Shown: piece after piece, positions 28,893 to 38,667 of the stretch
How the letters are laid out: every line of letters begins with the position of its first letter
How positions within the stretch are numbered: the stretch's first letter is position 1
From: an uncultured Gemmatimonadaceae bacterium
GTDB lineage: Bacteria; Gemmatimonadota; Gemmatimonadetes; Gemmatimonadales; Gemmatimonadaceae
Length of the DNA stretch: 64,000 nt
Assembly (NCBI GenBank): GCA_963761305.1
Contig: CAVXGK010000002.1
Coordinates: 512,001-576,000 of the forward strand
Direction: 5' to 3'
The notes under the pieces: model-generated
What the model saw: only the letters and a program-made list of their open reading frames with translations
Told to the model about the DNA's origin: nothing
Databases searched by the model: none
Position numbers and translations under genes: made by a program

Positions 28893-29608
28893 CCACGTTT
28901 TATGTGGACGCCCGGCTCGCGCCGGGCGAATCAGTCACGCCGAGCGACGACGTGCGGAATCATCTGCGCGCGCGCAGGCTCGGCGACGGCGAAGCGATTC
29001 AGCTTACGGACGGCGGCGGACATCTCGCCGCCGCCACCGTGCGCCTTCACGGCCGCCGCGACTTCGAGCTCGTCGTGTCGTCGGTAGCGATCGTCGAACG
29101 ACAACCAGCCATCCATCTGTGTGCGCCGATCGCCGACCGCGATCGCATGCTCTGGCTCGCCGAGAAGGCAACCGAGCTCGAGGTTTCGAGCTGGCAAGGC
29201 GTCAACTTTCGGCGCTCGGCGAGCGTGATTCCTCGCGGCGAGGGTCCCGGATTCTCGACGCGCGCGCGCGCTCGAATGATCTCCGCCCTCGAGCAATCCG
29301 GTGGCGCGTGGCTGCCGTCGGTGCTCGCGGATTCTGATGTAACGGCGGCCTCGCGTGAAGCGACCCCAACGCGCATCGTCATGGACCCTCGGGGTGAGCC
29401 GCTCCTGTCCGCGCTCGGGCGCAACGCCGGCGAGGGTGTCACCTTGTTGGTCGGCCCGGAAGGCGGCATCGAAGACGATGAGCTCGCGTCGCTCGAAGCG
29501 GCTGGATGGCGGCGCGCGCGACTCGGCGCGTCGATACTGCGATTCGAGACGGCGGCGGTCGCGGCGATCGCGGTCGCGCGGGCCGCGCAATGTTCACGGG
29601 AGAGCTAG
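28862..29608 (+). CDS. rsmE: 16S rRNA m3U1498 methyltransferase
   Basis: EKATELEV, ALEQS, VGPEGG, LGASILRFETA. Confidence 0.92.
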   Translation: MVERDGRAAIATFYVDARLAPGESVTPSDDVRNHLRARRLGDGEAIQLTDGGGHLAAATVRLHGRRDFELVVSSVAIVERQPAIHLCAPIADRDRMLWLAEKATELEVSSWQGVNFRRSASVIPRGEGPGFSTRARARMISALEQSGGAWLPSVLADSDVTAASREATPTRIVMDPRGEPLLSALGRNAGEGVTLLVGPEGGIEDDELASLEAAGWRRARLGASILRFETAAVAAIAVARAAQCSRES

Positions 29609-29950
29609 ATGGCCGACGACTGCATCTTCTGCCGCATCGTGCGTCGCGAGATTCCGGCGACGATCGTTCACGAGGACGAACAGTGCATCGCGTTTCGCGA
29701 CATCAACCCGCAGGCGCCGGTGCACGTCGTGATCGTGACCCGCGAACACGTCACGTCGCTCGACCAGGCGACGAGCGGTGCTCAGCTTGGTGCGTTGTCA
29801 CTGGCGGCGCGGGACATCGCCCGGAACGAGAAGATCGCGCAGACGGGCTATCGGACTGTCGTCAACACGAACTCCAACGGCGGACAGACGGTATTCCACC
29901 TGCACATGCACGTCCTGGGCGGTCGCCACATGACCTGGCCGCCGGGATAG
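29609..29950 (+). CDS. Histidine triad (HIT) nucleotide-binding protein
   Basis: CIFCRI, FRDINPQAPVH, GQTVFHLHMHVLGGR. Confidence 0.96.
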   Translation: MADDCIFCRIVRREIPATIVHEDEQCIAFRDINPQAPVHVVIVTREHVTSLDQATSGAQLGALSLAARDIARNEKIAQTGYRTVVNTNSNGGQTVFHLHMHVLGGRHMTWPPG

Positions 29951-29979
29951 CAGGGGAAGGGTGGACGAGGCCGCCGCGA

Positions 29980-30053
29980 TGCGCCCAGAGGGACTCGAAC
30001 CCCCAACCTTCTGATCCGAAGTCAGATGCTCTATCCAATTGAGCTATGAGCGC
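29980..30053 (-). tRNA. tRNA-Arg(TCG)
   Basis: Reverse complement GCGCTCA-TAGCTCAATTGGATAGAGC-ATCTGA CT TCG GA TCAGA-...GGTTCGAGTCC...TGGGCGC-A; CCA not encoded. Confidence 0.96.
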
Positions 30054-30098
30054 CGGGCAGCGACCAACTGACTCGTAAACTGAGCAAAAACTGCCGAG

Positions 30099-30128
30099 TT
30101 GACAAGTCGGCGGCGCAATCCATAAGTT
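30099..30128 (+). promoter_or_regulatory. Sigma70-type promoter for the rpsU operon
   Basis: TTGACA-N18-TAAGTT in an AT-richer intergenic region. Confidence 0.6.
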
Positions 30129-30184
30129 TAACGGCTTGCTTCACTTATCAGGCGCGCAAACGCCGCAAAGGGGGGAGAGTCAGT

Positions 30185-30373
30185 TTGTCGGAAGTCATCA
30201 TCCACGACGATGAAAACTTCGAGCGGGCACTCAAGCGCTTCAAAAAGAAGTGTGAAAAGGCCGGCATCTTGTCGGACCTGAGAAAGCACCGCCACTACGA
30301 AAAGCCGAGCGAACGGCGGAAGCGAAAGCTCAACGCCGCGATCCGGAAGAATCGTCGCACGCGCCACGGCTAA
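30185..30373 (+). CDS. rpsU: 30S ribosomal protein S21
   Basis: [34 protein letters not shown] start after a GGGGGAG SD. Confidence 0.97.
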   Translation: MSEVIIHDDENFERALKRFKKKCEKAGILSDLRKHRHYEKPSERRKRKLNAAIRKNRRTRHG

Positions 30374-30831
30374 TGGCCGCGGCACTGCTCACGCGTCTGC
30401 AGGACGACCTCACCGCTTCGCGTAAAGCGCAGAACAAGGCGAAGGTTCTGCTCCTCGGCACCATCCTCGCCGACGCAAAGAACCGTGAGATCGAGCTCAA
30501 ACGCGACCTCACCGACGACGACGTCGTGGAGGTTCTGCGCCGTGGCATCAAGAAGCGGCGTGAGTCGGTCGAGATGTACGAGAAGGGCGCCCGCGCCGAT
30601 CTCGCCGCCACGGAACAAGGCGAGCTCGACATGCTCGCGGCGTACCTTCCTCCGGCGGTCGACGACGCGGAGATTCGCGCCGCCGTCGTTGCCGCGATCG
30701 AAGGCGGTGCGGCGAACGTCGGCGCGGTAATGGGCAAGGTGATGGGCCAGTTCAAAGGGCGCGCCGAGGGCAGCGTGATCAACGCCATCGTGCGCGAGGA
30801 ACTGGCGGCGAGAGCCTCACGCACGAGTTGA
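30373..30831 (+). CDS. GatB/YqeY domain protein
   Basis: Follows rpsU; KKRRESVEMYEKG, YLPP, GAVMGKVM..KGRAEG. Confidence 0.93.
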   Translation: MAAALLTRLQDDLTASRKAQNKAKVLLLGTILADAKNREIELKRDLTDDDVVEVLRRGIKKRRESVEMYEKGARADLAATEQGELDMLAAYLPPAVDDAEIRAAVVAAIEGGAANVGAVMGKVMGQFKGRAEGSVINAIVREELAARASRTS

Positions 30832-30883
30832 GGCGCCGACCACCCTCGTTCGCGGTTGTCGAGGGTCTGACGAAGGGTCTGCC

Positions 30884-33280
30884 GTGAACGCGCACGCGCT
30901 GAACATCCTCGAGCTCCCGCGCGTGCTCGACGTCGTCGCCGGGTTCGCGACGTCGAGCCTCGGCACCGAGCACGTGCGTGCGCTGACGCCGTCGACCGAT
31001 GCGTCGCATCTCGACCGCCAACACTCCCGCATCGCCGCGATGCGCGCCGCGGCAAGCGGCGACGATCAGTGGCGTCCACACCCGATCCCCGACCTCAACG
31101 CGCCGCTGGCGCGACTGCGTGTCGAGGGCGCGGCGTGGAGCGGACCCGATCTCGTCGCCGGCGCCGCCATGCTTCGGTCGTCTCGTCTCACGCAGAGCGA
31201 GCTACGCGACGCGCGACGGCCCGCCGTCGTCGGCGCGGTGTTGTCGCCGTTGCTCGATGCGTTGATCGCGCAGCCTTCGATCGAGGCCGCGGTCGACAAG
31301 ACGGTGCAGGAAGACGGCACGGTGAAGGACGACGCCTCGCCCGCGCTGCGCCACCTTCGACGCGAGCTTCGCGCCGCGCACGACACGCTGATTCGGATTC
31401 TCGAGCGCGAGATGGGCCGCCTCGAGTCGCACCACCGCGTGGCGGATTCGTCGGTGACGGTGCGAAACGGGCGGTACGTGATTCCCGTGCGGCGCGGCGG
31501 ACAGGTTGGTACGGGCGGGATCGTGCACGACGCGTCGGCCTCCGGCGGAACGCTGTTCGTCGAACCGGCCGCCGCGGTCGAATTCGGGAACCGCATCCGC
31601 GAGCTGGAGCACGAGGAGCTGGCCGAGGTCGAGCGCATTCTGCTCGCCCTCACTGATACGCTACGCCCGCATCGCGACGGAATGATGGCCGCGCTGTCCG
31701 CGCTCGTAGAGCTGGACAGTTTGTTCGCCCGCGCGCGCTTCGCCGACGCGTACGCCTGCGCGCCGGCACAACTGGTCGATCCCGGCGCGGGTTTCGAGAT
31801 CCATAACGGCCGCCATCCGCTGCTGCTGGCGCAGGGCGTGAGCGTCGTTCCGTTCGACCTGTCGATGAACGCCGACGAGCGAACGCTCCTCGTGTCCGGC
31901 CCCAACACCGGCGGCAAGACGGTCCTGCTCAAAGCGCTCGGCCTTCTCTCTTCACTCGCGCAGTCAGGGGTTCCGGCGCCCGTCGGCGCCGGCAGCCGCA
32001 TTCCACGATTCGACGACGTGTTCGCCGACGTCGGTGACGAGCAGTCGATCGAGGCGAGCCTCTCCACGTTCAGCGCGCACGTCAAGAACCTCGGCGAGAT
32101 CCTGCGTCACGCGACGGCCGATTCGCTCGTGCTCATCGACGAGCTGGGGTCGGGCACCGATCCCACGGAAGGCGCGGCGCTGGGGTGGGCAATCCTCGAG
32201 AACCTCACCGCCCGCGGCACGCTCACCGTCGCGACCACGCACCTCGGCGCGTTGAAGGAATTGGCCGGACAGGTCGGCGGCGTGGTGAACGCGTCGCTGC
32301 AATTCGACGCCGTCGCGTTGGCGCCGACATACAGACTGATCAAGGGTGTGCCGGGCCGATCGTACGGCATCTCGATCGCTCGTCGCCTCGCGTTGCCCGA
32401 CGCCGTGGTCGCGCGCGCCGAGGAGCGCGTGCCGCAGCACGAGCGTGAGGTCGCCGCGCTCGTCGAACAGCTCGAACGTCGCGACGAAGAGCTGGCGGCG
32501 CGCGAACGCGAGGCCTCGACGATTCTCGACGACGCACGCGAGCGAATGGCGACGCTCGCCAAACGCGAGCACAGTGTCCGGGAACGCGAGCGCATGGCCG
32601 AGCGCGAGGCCCGACAGGATACCCGCCGCTATCTGCTCGATGCGCGCGCCGAGATCGACCGCACGATTCGCGATCTCAAGGCGCGCGCGGCCGGTGAGCT
32701 GGACGAGGCGGGTCGCGAGGCGCGCCAGCGCGCCGAGCAACTGGCGTCGAAACAGAACGCGGAGCTCGAGCGACTCGATCGCGAAGACGCCAACGTCAAA
32801 CGCCGCGATACGCCGAGAAGCGCCGAAACGATTGCCTCCGCGATCACGGCCGGCACGGCGGTCGCCGTCGCCACCCTCGGCGGAAAGGTCGGGCGTGTCG
32901 TCGAGCTGCGGGATGCCGCCGCGGTCGTCGTCGTGGGTGCGCTGAAGCTGACCGTCGAGCGCACGTCCCTCACTCCGGTGGACGCCTCCGAGTTGCGCGA
33001 GGTGAGCGGCTGGACAGGTGATCTCCCCGACGTGCACGTTCCCTCGGAGATCGACGTGCGCGGCATGCGGCCCGACGAGGCCGAGGCCGCGGTGCTCCAG
33101 GCTCTCGACGGCGCTGTGCGCGCGGATCTGCGAATGCTGCGAATCATCCACGGCAAGGGAACCGGCGCGCTGCGCGAACGCGTCGGCGAGATGCTGCGCA
33201 AGGACACGCGCGTCCGCGAATTCCGCCTCGGCGCGTGGAACGAAGGCGGCGCCGGCGTCACCGTGGCGGAGCTCGCGTGA
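30884..33280 (+). CDS. mutS2: Endonuclease MutS2
   Basis: GPNTGGKT, DVGDEQSIEASLSTFSAH, DELGSGTDP, C-terminal Smr domain IIHGKGTGALR..GGAGVT. Confidence 0.96.
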   Translation: MNAHALNILELPRVLDVVAGFATSSLGTEHVRALTPSTDASHLDRQHSRIAAMRAAASGDDQWRPHPIPDLNAPLARLRVEGAAWSGPDLVAGAAMLRSSRLTQSELRDARRPAVVGAVLSPLLDALIAQPSIEAAVDKTVQEDGTVKDDASPALRHLRRELRAAHDTLIRILEREMGRLESHHRVADSSVTVRNGRYVIPVRRGGQVGTGGIVHDASASGGTLFVEPAAAVEFGNRIRELEHEELAEVERILLALTDTLRPHRDGMMAALSALVELDSLFARARFADAYACAPAQLVDPGAGFEIHNGRHPLLLAQGVSVVPFDLSMNADERTLLVSGPNTGGKTVLLKALGLLSSLAQSGVPAPVGAGSRIPRFDDVFADVGDEQSIEASLSTFSAHVKNLGEILRHATADSLVLIDELGSGTDPTEGAALGWAILENLTARGTLTVATTHLGALKELAGQVGGVVNASLQFDAVALAPTYRLIKGVPGRSYGISIARRLALPDAVVARAEERVPQHEREVAALVEQLERRDEELAAREREASTILDDARERMATLAKREHSVRERERMAEREARQDTRRYLLDARAEIDRTIRDLKARAAGELDEAGREARQRAEQLASKQNAELERLDREDANVKRRDTPRSAETIASAITAGTAVAVATLGGKVGRVVELRDAAAVVVVGALKLTVERTSLTPVDASELREVSGWTGDLPDVHVPSEIDVRGMRPDEAEAAVLQALDGAVRADLRMLRIIHGKGTGALRERVGEMLRKDTRVREFRLGAWNEGGAGVTVAELA

Positions 33281-35100
33281 TCCCTGACGACGTCGTCGAT
33301 CGCGTTCGGCAGGAAGCCGACATCGTGGCCATCGTCGGCGAGTACGTGAAGCTCAAGCGGGTGGGGAACAGCTTTCGCGGACCGTGTCCGTTTCACCACG
33401 GCAAGGGGCCGAACTTCTCCGTCACGCCGCGCGGCTACAACTGTTTCGTCTGCCACGAGTCGGGCGACGTCTTCACCTTCGTCGAAAAGCACCTCGGGCT
33501 CGATTTCATCGAAGCCGTGAAGTGGGTCGGCGCCAAGAGCGGCGTCGAGGTCCGCGAGGTGAGTCGCTCGCGCGACGAACGCGATCCTCGCGAGCCGATG
33601 TGGGAGGTGAACGCAAGCGCCGCCGATTTCTTCCGGAATCAGTTGTGGGAGTCGGAGCAGGGCAGCGTGGCTCGCGCGTACCTCGCGTCGCGCGGACTTT
33701 CGCACGACGACGCGGATCGTTTCGGACTCGGCCTCGCGCCGCGCGATCCCGCCGCGATGCGAAAAGCGCTCGGCGCACTCGGATTCGACGATGACCGCCA
33801 ACGCGCCGCCGGACTGCTGCTCATGCGTGAAGGCGAAACCGAGGTGCGCACGCGATTCCGCGGGCGTCTCATGATCCCGATCTACGACGCGTCCGGACAC
33901 GTCGCTGGATTCGGTGGACGGGTGCTCGACGATCGTGAGCCGAAATACCTCAACTCCGCCGAGTCGGAGCTCTTTGCGAAGCGTTCGCTCCTGTACGGAC
34001 TGAACTGGGCGAAGCAGGCGATTCGAAAGGCCGACCGGCTCATCGTCGTCGAGGGCTACTTCGACCTGATCCGCCTTCACCTCGCCGGCATCGTCGAGGT
34101 CGTCGCGCCGATGGGCACCGCGCTGACCGAGCAGCAGACGGCGCTCATCCGCAAGTACACCAAGAACGTCTTCCTTCTCTACGACAGTGACAACGCGGGG
34201 CTCAAAGCCACGTTCCGCTCGGGCGACGAGCTGCTGCGCGCCGGCGCGACGGTGCGCGTGATCACGCTGCCCGCAGGCGAGGACCCCGATTCGTTCGTCG
34301 CGAAAGCCGGCGCCGAGGGATTCGAGCGTGCGGCTGCGGCGTCCATCGACCTCTTCGACCGAAAGATCCAACTGCTCGAGCGCGGCGGATGGTTCTCCGA
34401 TCTGCGGCGCAAGCGCCAAGCGCTCGACAAGCTGCTGCCGACGATTCGCGTCACGGCCGATCGCTTGCTGCGGGACCTCTACGTCTCGCGCACAAGCGAG
34501 GTCGCGGGTATTCCTCCCGAAGCGATCACGCGCGAGCTGGATGCTCCGGCGCCGCGCGGCGCCGCGGCCGGACGAGACAAGCCGGAGCGAGAGGAAGCGG
34601 CGCAGGCCCGATCGGCGCCCCCCAATCGCACCGCTCGCCGCGTCGTCGGTCCACGCGCGGAGCGAGAGCTCGTGCGTGCGCTCCTGCACCGTCGCCGCTA
34701 CGTGGAAGCCGCCGCCGAGCGAGTCGACCCCGAGGCCTTCACCGATTCGACCTACCGCGCGATCTTCGAGCGGCTGGCGGTGTTGGACCCGGAGGCCCCG
34801 ATCGACGAGCTGGCGCTCACGCTCGACGACCAAACGATCGAGGTGATGCAGCAACTCCTCGAGGAGACGGGCGGATTGGATCACGCGGCGGAGACGGTCG
34901 ACGCGAGCATCAACGACTTCGCCCGGCGTCGGATTGGCGCGCGCATGACCGAGATCGATCGCTTCCTTCCCCTCGCCGACGCGAATGCGAAGGACGAATT
35001 GATTCGCGAAAAACGCCGTTTGGCGGCCGAACTGCAGGCTCTCGGGCGGCCTCGTTGGAAAAACTTCACCGCCTCGACGCCACCCGCGATACCTTCCTGA
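33277..35100 (+). CDS. dnaG: DNA primase
   Basis: CPFH..CFVC zinc finger, PKYLNS, TOPRIM VEGYFD, YDSDNAG, DPD. Confidence 0.97.
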   Translation: MIPDDVVDRVRQEADIVAIVGEYVKLKRVGNSFRGPCPFHHGKGPNFSVTPRGYNCFVCHESGDVFTFVEKHLGLDFIEAVKWVGAKSGVEVREVSRSRDERDPREPMWEVNASAADFFRNQLWESEQGSVARAYLASRGLSHDDADRFGLGLAPRDPAAMRKALGALGFDDDRQRAAGLLLMREGETEVRTRFRGRLMIPIYDASGHVAGFGGRVLDDREPKYLNSAESELFAKRSLLYGLNWAKQAIRKADRLIVVEGYFDLIRLHLAGIVEVVAPMGTALTEQQTALIRKYTKNVFLLYDSDNAGLKATFRSGDELLRAGATVRVITLPAGEDPDSFVAKAGAEGFERAAAASIDLFDRKIQLLERGGWFSDLRRKRQALDKLLPTIRVTADRLLRDLYVSRTSEVAGIPPEAITRELDAPAPRGAAAGRDKPEREEAAQARSAPPNRTARRVVGPRAERELVRALLHRRRYVEAAAERVDPEAFTDSTYRAIFERLAVLDPEAPIDELALTLDDQTIEVMQQLLEETGGLDHAAETVDASINDFARRRIGARMTEIDRFLPLADANAKDELIREKRRLAAELQALGRPRWKNFTASTPPAIPS

Positions 35101-35134
35101 TTGGCAGGATGCTCTCACCCTTGTTGGAGGTCTC

Positions 35135-35839
35135 GTGCACCCAGACGTTGGCGCACTGCTGGCAGTACAGGACGATGATGTCAACATTCGACAGCTCGAG
35201 AATCAGCTCGCCCAGTTGGGCCCGCAACTCGACGCGCTCGCCAGAGAAAAAGACGCCGCTAGCGCGTTGCTCGAGCAGGCGACGCAGACCGCCGACACGG
35301 AGGAGCGCCGGCGACACGAAGTGGCGGCTCGCGTGGCGCAGCATCGCTCGCTGCAGGAGAAGAATCAGGCGACGCTGAACAGCGTGACGTCGATGCGCGA
35401 AGCCACCGCCGCCACCGCGCAGCTCGAGCAGGCGAAGCGAATGATCGACGAAGACGAGCGCGAGTTGGCGGCCATCGGCCAGCGCCTCGTCGCGGCGCGC
35501 AAGCTCGCCGAGGACCGAAGCCACGTCGTCGCGGAGCTCGAGGTGGCGCAGGCGGAGAAACACAACTCGCTGTCGGCCGACCGCGAGGCGCTCGAGACAC
35601 AGATCGCCGAGGCGCGTGCGGCGCGCAATGCCAAGGCAACGGCCGTCCCGCGCAGTCTTCTCTCGACCTACGATCGGATTCGTCTGCGGAGACCGGGACC
35701 CGCCGTCTTTCCGTTGCGCGGCCCGTCGTGCGGCAACTGCGATACGATGATTCCCTTGCAACGCCGAAGCTCGATGGTCGGAAGCGGCGACACCGTGATC
35801 TGTGAAGGTTGCGGCGTGATGCTGTACGCGACGGAATGA
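35135..35839 (+). CDS. Coiled-coil protein with C4-type zinc ribbon (CT398/DUF164-like)
   Basis: Long coiled coil, YDRIR, CGNC...CEGCGVMLY. Confidence 0.9.
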   Translation: MHPDVGALLAVQDDDVNIRQLENQLAQLGPQLDALAREKDAASALLEQATQTADTEERRRHEVAARVAQHRSLQEKNQATLNSVTSMREATAATAQLEQAKRMIDEDERELAAIGQRLVAARKLAEDRSHVVAELEVAQAEKHNSLSADREALETQIAEARAARNAKATAVPRSLLSTYDRIRLRRPGPAVFPLRGPSCGNCDTMIPLQRRSSMVGSGDTVICEGCGVMLYATE

Positions 35840-35877
35840 TGATTGTTGTGACCCTGTCGCGTCCCTAGCTTGTTGGC

Positions 35878-37611
35878 GTGAGCGCTTCCGAAGTCGCTGC
35901 TCCCGCCCCGGTTCGTCCACGCGCCCGCTGGCTGCTGCCGAAGGAGCCGGACGCATCGATCGTCGCCCAGCTCCAGGACGAGCTTCGACTCCCGCACGCC
36001 GTCTGCCGGTTGCTCGCGATCCGCGGATTCGGCGAGCCGGATCACGCCAAGGCGTATCTTCGTCCGCGGCTCGACCATCTGCACGAGCCGGCCAAACTCG
36101 CCGATCTCGATCGCGCCGTCGAGCGGCTCTCGCGTGCGATTCGCGACAAGGAGACGATCCTCGTCCACGGCGACTACGACGTGGACGGCATCTGCTCGAC
36201 GACGCTCATGGTGCGTACGATCCGAATGCTCGGCGGAACCGTCGTCCCGTTCATTCCGCGGCGTTCCACCGACGGCTACGACCTCGGCGACGCCGGCGTG
36301 CGTGCGGCGGAGGCGTGCGGTGCGGGTCTCGTCCTCACGTGCGACTGCGGCACCAGCGCGCACGCGCCGATCGCCAAGCTCCAGTCGGCGGGCGTCGACG
36401 TAATCGTCGCCGACCACCACCTGCCGAGTGGGCCGCTCCCACCCGCGTACGCGGTGCTGAATCCAAAGCGCCCGGGATGTGAATCGCCGGACAAGGATCT
36501 CGCCGCCGTTGGCGTGGCGTTCAAGCTCGCGCTCGCGCTGACGCGCGCGATGAACGGCAACGTGAATTCGGTGTTCGCGATGCTCGACTTGGTCGCGCTG
36601 GCGACGATCGCCGACGTCGCGCCCCTGCGCGGCGAAAACCGCGTGCTGGTTCGGTACGGGCTCAAGCTGCTCAATGAACCCGTGCGCGCCGGCATCCGCG
36701 CCATGGTTCGCGCGACGGGTCTCGAGGGACGAGCGCTCACCGCGGGCCGCGTCGGGTTCATTCTCGCGCCTCGCTTGAACGCCGCGGGCCGCCTCGAGAG
36801 CGCGCTGCGCGGCGTCGAGCTCCTGCTCGCGACGAGCGACCAGGAAGCGAACCCGATCGCCCGCGAGCTGGAGGAGTTGAACGCGCGACGGCAAGAGATC
36901 GACCGCGCCACGCTCGAGCAGGTGCGAGAGCGCGTCATCGCGCTGGACTTGCCGTCCACGTACGGCATCGTGCTGGCGGAGCAAGGCTGGCATCCCGGCG
37001 TGATCGGCATCGTCGCGTCCCGAGTCGTGGAGGAGTTCGGACGGCCGACAATGCTCATCGCGCTCGAGGGCGACACTGGGAAGGGATCTGGCCGTTCGAT
37101 CAGCGCCTTTGATTTGCACGGGGGGCTGTCCGAGTGCCGCGACTTGTTGCTGCGGTTCGGCGGACACAAGTCGGCGGCCGGCATCACGATCGCGGCGGAC
37201 CGCGTCGACGCGTTCGCGGCTCAGTTCAACGCGGTCGCGCGCTCGAAGCTCACGCCGGCGGATCTGATCCCCGAGCTGCGCGTCGATCTCGAGGTGCCGC
37301 TCGAGCAGGTTAACGAGGACCTCGAGTCGCTGCTCCGGCATCTCGAGCCCTGCGGTATGGGAAACCCGTCGCCGCTGCTGCTGACGCGCGGAGTCACCGT
37401 TGCCGCGCCGCCGCGCGTCGTCGGTACGGACGGCCTCAAGCTCGTCTTGAGCGACGGCGAGAGGCGCCTCACCGCGCTCGGCTGGGGGATGGGTCCGAGG
37501 CTTCGCGAGGTGGAGGAAGGCGCGACGATCGACGTCGCGTACCGCCTCGAGCGCGACGTATGGAACGGGGAGTCGCGCCTCCAGGCCCGGCTGTCGGACT
37601 TCCGCGCCTAG
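35878..37611 (+). CDS. recJ: Single-stranded DNA exonuclease RecJ
   Basis: GDYDVDG, TCDCG, DHH, APRLNAAGR, GSGRS, FGGH. Confidence 0.97.
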   Translation: MSASEVAAPAPVRPRARWLLPKEPDASIVAQLQDELRLPHAVCRLLAIRGFGEPDHAKAYLRPRLDHLHEPAKLADLDRAVERLSRAIRDKETILVHGDYDVDGICSTTLMVRTIRMLGGTVVPFIPRRSTDGYDLGDAGVRAAEACGAGLVLTCDCGTSAHAPIAKLQSAGVDVIVADHHLPSGPLPPAYAVLNPKRPGCESPDKDLAAVGVAFKLALALTRAMNGNVNSVFAMLDLVALATIADVAPLRGENRVLVRYGLKLLNEPVRAGIRAMVRATGLEGRALTAGRVGFILAPRLNAAGRLESALRGVELLLATSDQEANPIARELEELNARRQEIDRATLEQVRERVIALDLPSTYGIVLAEQGWHPGVIGIVASRVVEEFGRPTMLIALEGDTGKGSGRSISAFDLHGGLSECRDLLLRFGGHKSAAGITIAADRVDAFAAQFNAVARSKLTPADLIPELRVDLEVPLEQVNEDLESLLRHLEPCGMGNPSPLLLTRGVTVAAPPRVVGTDGLKLVLSDGERRLTALGWGMGPRLREVEEGATIDVAYRLERDVWNGESRLQARLSDFRA

Positions 37612-37622
37612 AAGACCCATCC

Positions 37623-38144
37623 GTGCGCATCGTCGCCGGCCGGTGGCGCGGGCGAAGAATCGCTGCGCCGAAGGATGCGCGCGTTCGCCCCACCGCCGAC
37701 CGCGTCCGCGAGGCGTGGATGAGCATCGTCGGAGCATGGCTGCCTGACGCGCGTGTCCTCGACCTGTTCGCCGGATCCGGGGCGCTCGGACTCGAAGCGC
37801 TTTCGCGCGGAGCAGCCGTCGTGGATTTCGTCGAGATCTCACCGGCGAGCATCGCGGCGATCCGCGACAACGCCGCCCATCTCGACGCCGGCGATGCAGC
37901 GATCATCCACCGCGCCGATGCACTGCGTTTCGCCGAGAAGCTGAACGCCGGCGCCTACGACCTCGCCTTCGCTGATCCGCCATACGACATCGCGCTGGCC
38001 ACCCGTCTCGCCGAGCAGTGGCTGGTCACGCCGTTCGCGTCGATCCTCGGCGTCGAGCACCGGTCGTCGGAGACGCTTCCCGGTGATCCGGACCGGCGCC
38101 GCTACGGCGACACGGCAATCAGCTTCTACGGCCTCGAGCGGTGA
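37623..38144 (+). CDS. rsmD: 16S rRNA m2G966 methyltransferase
   Basis: RIVAG, RPTADRVREA, LDLFAGSGALGLEALSRGA, DPPY. Confidence 0.95.
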   Translation: MRIVAGRWRGRRIAAPKDARVRPTADRVREAWMSIVGAWLPDARVLDLFAGSGALGLEALSRGAAVVDFVEISPASIAAIRDNAAHLDAGDAAIIHRADALRFAEKLNAGAYDLAFADPPYDIALATRLAEQWLVTPFASILGVEHRSSETLPGDPDRRRYGDTAISFYGLER

Positions 38145-38184
38145 CGAGCGACCCTCTCCCGTTCGGACTATAATTCTCCGCGCC

Positions 38185-38667
38185 ATGCGAACCGCTCTCT
38201 ACGCCGGCAGCTTCGACCCGATCACTCGCGGCCATGAAGATCTCATGCTGCGGAGTCTCGCGTATGTCGACCGGCTCATCGTGGCCGTCGCCACGAATTC
38301 GACGAAGAACCCGATCTTCACGGTGCAAGAGCGCGTCGACTTGATTCGGGCGACCGTCTCGAACGAGTCCCGCATCACCGTGAAGAGCTTCGATGGGCTT
38401 CTCGTCGAGTTCGCCGCGCAGGAAGGCGCGCAGCTTCTCATCCGCGGCCTGCGCGCGGTGAGCGACTTCGAGTACGAGTATCAAATGGCGCTCATGAACC
38501 GCCATCTCTCGCCCAAGCTCGAGACCGTGTTCATGGTGCCGTCGCTCGACACGACGTACATCAGCGCGAGCCTGGTGCGCGAGATCGCTCGCTACGGCGG
38601 CGACGTGTCGAGCCTCGTGCACCCGGCGGTCGCCGCGGCGCTCAAGGCGCGTCTGTCGCCGAAATGA
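38185..38667 (+). CDS. coaD: Pantetheine-phosphate adenylyltransferase
   Basis: YAGSFDPITRGH, IRGLRAVSDFEYE, ISASLVRE; TATAAT at 38169-38174 upstream. Confidence 0.97.
   Translation: MRTALYAGSFDPITRGHEDLMLRSLAYVDRLIVAVATNSTKNPIFTVQERVDLIRATVSNESRITVKSFDGLLVEFAAQEGAQLLIRGLRAVSDFEYEYQMALMNRHLSPKLETVFMVPSLDTTYISASLVREIARYGGDVSSLVHPAVAAALKARLSPK

Noticed and set aside
30065..30095. Three AACTG motifs about 11 bp apart between tRNA-Arg and rpsU
   Set aside because: Too short and degenerate to separate from ordinary divergent promoter sequence
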